Positions 60,297-63,773 of a stretch of DNA of 63,773 nt are shown here, in pieces. A program made the translations under genes and the position numbers. Each line of letters opens with the position of its first letter. The first letter of the stretch is position 1. The notes under the pieces are model-generated. The model had not been told where the DNA came from. It saw only the letters and a list, made by a program, of their open reading frames with translations, and ran no database searches. This DNA comes from Magnetococcales bacterium DCbin2 (GTDB lineage: Bacteria > Pseudomonadota > Magnetococcia > Magnetococcales > UBA8363), in assembly GCA_002753615.1 (NCBI GenBank), contig PEAO01000003.1, positions 1 to 63,773 of the forward strand, read 5' to 3'.

Positions 60297-62650
60297 AAAT
60301 CAAGTTATTTTTCATGACCCTGCTGCTGATCATCATCCTCAGCCCCTCAGGCCGGGCCGAGGATGCCTCAGGGATCATCGTCCCCCGAGTCATCCTCTCT
60401 TTTTACGATTCCAAACAACATAACGGCGAACCCTGGTTCAGCAAAACCCATAAATTTGCCGAACTCCCCCTCAACCATCTTGGCTTGGTGGTCCGCTATC
60501 TGGATCTCAATGCCCCCCTCCCCGATCCCGCTACCCTGACCGACGTGCGTGGGATCATTCTTTGGACCATCGCCGACCGCATGGACAATCCCATCCCCTT
60601 TGCGGAGTGGATCACCCAGGCTGTCACCCAGGGTAAACGTCTGGTCGTTCTGGGCAATCCCCCATGGTCAGCCAACAATCAAGGGGAACCAACACCTTTT
60701 GAAATATTGGAAAAACTTTGGCGTGCCTTCGGATTTCAGTACAGTGAAGAGTGGATCTCTTTTACCCATAATCTGGAAATTGTTCAGCAAGATCCCACAA
60801 TGATCGGTTTTGAACATCCCCTACCCAAAGTTCTCCCTGAGTTTCCGCAAATGATCCCCAACAGTTCCGATGTCCGGTTGCATTTATCTGTCCGTGGCGT
60901 CAACGGGACGCAACAAGAAAACAGCCTTGTGGCAACCAATCCCAGAGGTGGTTATGCCGCACCCGATTATTTATTGTTCACCGCACCCGATCCTGAGGAA
61001 GATCATGAATTCGTACAATGGATCGTCAATCCATTTGCATTTTTTCGTCTTTCCTTTGCCACCGACGAACTACCCAAACCTGATGCCAGCACCCTCTCCA
61101 ATCGACGGATTTATTATAGTCATATCGATGGTGATGGTCTGCGCAATCTGACCGAGGTACGACCTTATAAAGACAAAGAGATGACTGCCGCCGAAGTGAT
61201 CCTCAAGGAGGCCATCGAAGGGTATCCCGATCTTCCCGTCTCTGTAGGGCCTGTGGTGGGCGATATCGACCCCGCTTGGTATGGTTCCAAAAAAACTATT
61301 CAAATCGCTAGAAAACTCCTGGCACCACCCCAGGTTGAGGCGGCCAGTCATACCTTGAGCCATCCCTTGGATTGGTCATTTTTTGATGATTATCGGGAAG
61401 CGGATGAAGTTCCGTTCCTTAAAAACTATCCCAAAAAAGATGAATTCAGCGCAACCAACCGCTTGTTGGAAGCCTTGGGATTGATGAAAAAAAAGCCAAC
61501 GGTTTCTCTGGATACCTCCCTGTGGAAACAAATCCCGGCCCGGGTGGATGATCCTGACAAAAAAAAAGAAACAAAAAGAGAACGTTATAATGACTACAAA
61601 ACACCACGGGCATACGGCATCAAACCATTTAATCTGGATGCCGAAATACGGGGAGCCAAACAGACTATTCAACAAGTGTTGCCCTCTGGAAAAAAAGTCA
61701 AGCTCATACAATGGTCGGGAAACACCCTCCCCTTTGAGCAGGCGATTCGGGTGGCGCGTTTGTCGGGGATGAATAACATCAACGGTGGTGACACCCGTTT
61801 TGATGCCAAATTTCCATCGGTGGCGTGGGTAGCACCATTAGGACGCACGGTGGGAAAGGAGTGGCAGTGTTATTCCTCAGCGAGCAATGAGAACACCTAC
61901 ACCAGTTTATGGACAGAGAAATTTTTTGGATTCAAACATTTGATTCATACCATCAAAAATACCGAATCGCCCAGACGATTGGTCGCCTTTAATATTTACT
62001 ATCATTTTTATTCGGGAGAGAAGCAGGCAAGTTTAAATGCGTTGAAGGAGAATCTGGATTATGCCCGGTCGCAGGGTTTGGCACCGGTTGCGGCGAGTTT
62101 TTATTCGGCCATTGCCCAGGGGACGGTCGAGGCACAAATTTTCAAACTTTCGCCGGGGGAGTGGTCGATTCGCAACCGTGGGCAATTACAGACCATCCGT
62201 TTTGATCATGGCACTTTGTTGCAGGTGGACATGGAAAAATCTTCAGGAATTGTCGGCCAGCGGCATTACCAGGGGAGTTTGTATGTCGCCTTGGATCAGG
62301 AGATCTTGGAACCGCGTATTGTGATCATCCCTTATGACACGCCGGCACTCCCCCCCCCTTCTTCGGTACCCTATCTGGTGGATGGGCGATGGCGTATTTT
62401 TGGAATAAAAAGATCTTCGGGGGACATGTTTGAGTTTCAGGCCCAGGGATTTGGCCGGGGGGATATGACGTGGCGCGTGCCGGTGGGGGGGCATTTCATG
62501 ATTGAGATGTTTGACGCCAAGGGGCGATCCTTGAACCGGATTTCCCGGGAGACCGATGGCAGCGGGGGGGTATTACGGATGAGTCTGCCGACATCGGCCT
62601 TGGAACCGATACGAATCGTCGTAACCCGACAGCATGAACAAGAAAAATAA
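60293..62650 (+). CDS. PelA-like polysaccharide deacetylase
   Basis: Signal peptide; YYSHIDGDG, SHTLSHP, WSGN, NGGD, NENTYT, IYYHFYS motifs. Confidence 0.8.
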   Translation: MKIKLFFMTLLLIIILSPSGRAEDASGIIVPRVILSFYDSKQHNGEPWFSKTHKFAELPLNHLGLVVRYLDLNAPLPDPATLTDVRGIILWTIADRMDNPIPFAEWITQAVTQGKRLVVLGNPPWSANNQGEPTPFEILEKLWRAFGFQYSEEWISFTHNLEIVQQDPTMIGFEHPLPKVLPEFPQMIPNSSDVRLHLSVRGVNGTQQENSLVATNPRGGYAAPDYLLFTAPDPEEDHEFVQWIVNPFAFFRLSFATDELPKPDASTLSNRRIYYSHIDGDGLRNLTEVRPYKDKEMTAAEVILKEAIEGYPDLPVSVGPVVGDIDPAWYGSKKTIQIARKLLAPPQVEAASHTLSHPLDWSFFDDYREADEVPFLKNYPKKDEFSATNRLLEALGLMKKKPTVSLDTSLWKQIPARVDDPDKKKETKRERYNDYKTPRAYGIKPFNLDAEIRGAKQTIQQVLPSGKKVKLIQWSGNTLPFEQAIRVARLSGMNNINGGDTRFDAKFPSVAWVAPLGRTVGKEWQCYSSASNENTYTSLWTEKFFGFKHLIHTIKNTESPRRLVAFNIYYHFYSGEKQASLNALKENLDYARSQGLAPVAASFYSAIAQGTVEAQIFKLSPGEWSIRNRGQLQTIRFDHGTLLQVDMEKSSGIVGQRHYQGSLYVALDQEILEPRIVIIPYDTPALPPPSSVPYLVDGRWRIFGIKRSSGDMFEFQAQGFGRGDMTWRVPVGGHFMIEMFDAKGRSLNRISRETDGSGGVLRMSLPTSALEPIRIVVTRQHEQEK

Positions 62651-62656
62651 TGGTCG

Positions 62657-63176
62657 GTTCCATGTCAATATGCCTTGGAAAAGATAAATTATTAAAAGAA
62701 AAAAGGGGTCTGGGGGATTGCCCCCAGGGTTTTGACTTTGATTTTGATTTTGCTTTTGACTTTGCTTTTCCACGCGCCCCTTCTCCCGAAGCATTTTTCC
62801 CGTGCCTTTTCTTTTAAAGGGAAAAATGCGCAGGCGCACGCCTTGGTTTGCCTTCTTTCGCGGTTTTTGCGAAAGAAGGCAAACACAATGCACTGTTGAA
62901 GGTGCTAAAACATGGCATTATGCGTGATGTTTTTCGCAAAAACCGCGAAAAACATCACGCTAAGGCGCGCGCCCTGCGCATTTTTTTTCGCGAAACAAGA
63001 AGCGCGAAAAAAATGCTTCGGGATAAGGGGCGCGTGAAAAGCAAAGTCAAAATCAAAACCCTGGGGGCAATCCCCCAGACCCCTTTTTTCTTTTAATAAT
63101 ATTTTTTATTGATACCAATAAAATAACGAATATCAATACGCCATGGTGCCAAAGAATTTCAAATGCGATTGCCCTG
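62657..63176. mobile_element. Fold-back element, copy E (long, multi-hairpin), mismatched outer ends
   Basis: Left GTTCCATGTCAA (boundary approximate), right ATTTCAAATGCGATTGCCCTG; interior homologous to copy D. Confidence 0.88.
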
Positions 63177-63258
63177 CCCAGGTCGTGGTCACCCATTGAT
63201 TCTCAACACAAAACGTGCCAAGAATGGTTCGGAAACTTCAACCTTTTGGAAAAGCCCC

Positions 63259-63773
63259 ATGGCGGCACACGCGGCAATCCTGATCCTGACAAGCCTCATG
63301 GGGATATTTCTGGCATCCCCCGCTTGGGCCGCTCCAAAGCCGCCCCCGTTTACCCTCACCGGCCCAGAATTGACCGACAAATGTGTCTCCTGTCACGCTT
63401 GGCGGCAACCCGATCTGACACCACGCACCTTAATCAAACCGCATGAGACCATGAACTTCACCCATTGGCCCCAACCCGGCCCCTGGTGCGAACGGTGCCA
63501 TGATCCCCAGGAACCCTATCAACTGACCCTCCACCACGACCAAACCGCCCCCCTATCTCAAGCCACCATCCTGTGCGCCCAATGCCATGGCCGCAAAGTG
63601 ACCGATTGGCAGTTTGGCATCCACGGAAAACGTAGCGGTCGTTGGCAAGGAGAACGTCAAATTTTACCATGCAGTGCCTGTCACAACCCCCATGAACCCG
63701 CCTGGCTCCCCCTGGTTCCGTCCACCCCACCCGCCCCCCCGGGAACCCAACGACCCTGGCACCCCCTGATCCC
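63259..63773 (+). CDS. Tetraheme c-type cytochrome, runs off the window (absent from ORF track)
   Basis: Own translation: signal peptide, CVSCH, CERCH, CAQCH, CSACH; no stop before the window end. Confidence 0.85.
   Translation, partial: MAAHAAILILTSLMGIFLASPAWAAPKPPPFTLTGPELTDKCVSCHAWRQPDLTPRTLIKPHETMNFTHWPQPGPWCERCHDPQEPYQLTLHHDQTAPLSQATILCAQCHGRKVTDWQFGIHGKRSGRWQGERQILPCSACHNPHEPAWLPLVPSTPPAPPGTQRPWHPLI

Noticed and set aside
1-63773. CRISPR array
   Set aside because: No regularly spaced direct repeats with unique spacers were seen; the repeats present are dispersed palindromic elements.

Overview
63.8 kb chromosomal window from a magnetotactic proteobacterium. Clear mamX and mamZ homologues plus a hemerythrin-fused chemoreceptor point to Magnetococcales-like cocci (inference). 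Housekeeping blocks are cbiX-cbiC-cbiD-cbiET, slt-mamX-mamZ, tRNA-Pro, pheA-tyrA-aroA-cmk-rpsA-ihfB-lapA-lapB and rpiB-glyA-ribD-ribE-ribBA-ribH-nusB-thiL. There is also a surface-polysaccharide cluster with two stop-interrupted genes and Pel-like genes. Accessory DNA interrupts these blocks: (i) a toxin-antitoxin/IS fragment pile; (ii) an Abi-alpha-like gene plus a P-loop ATPase flanked by a duplicated promoter; (iii) a Dam-like/HNH restriction-modification pair bracketed by a ~100-bp duplication of the pheA/tyrA junction; (iv) a 10.6-kb defence island encoding a type III-like Res, a NYN RNase preceded by its own promoter and terminated hairpin RNA, a Mod, an unknown protein and a RelE-like/UvrD fusion; (v) a class D beta-lactamase. 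Five copies of a large non-coding fold-back element share inner arms, carry different and sometimes mismatched IS-like outer ends, and show compensatory base changes. The strongest novelty candidates are the hairpin-RNA/NYN module inside the RM island and the fold-back element family. Family assignments are from motif recognition only; no database searches were run.
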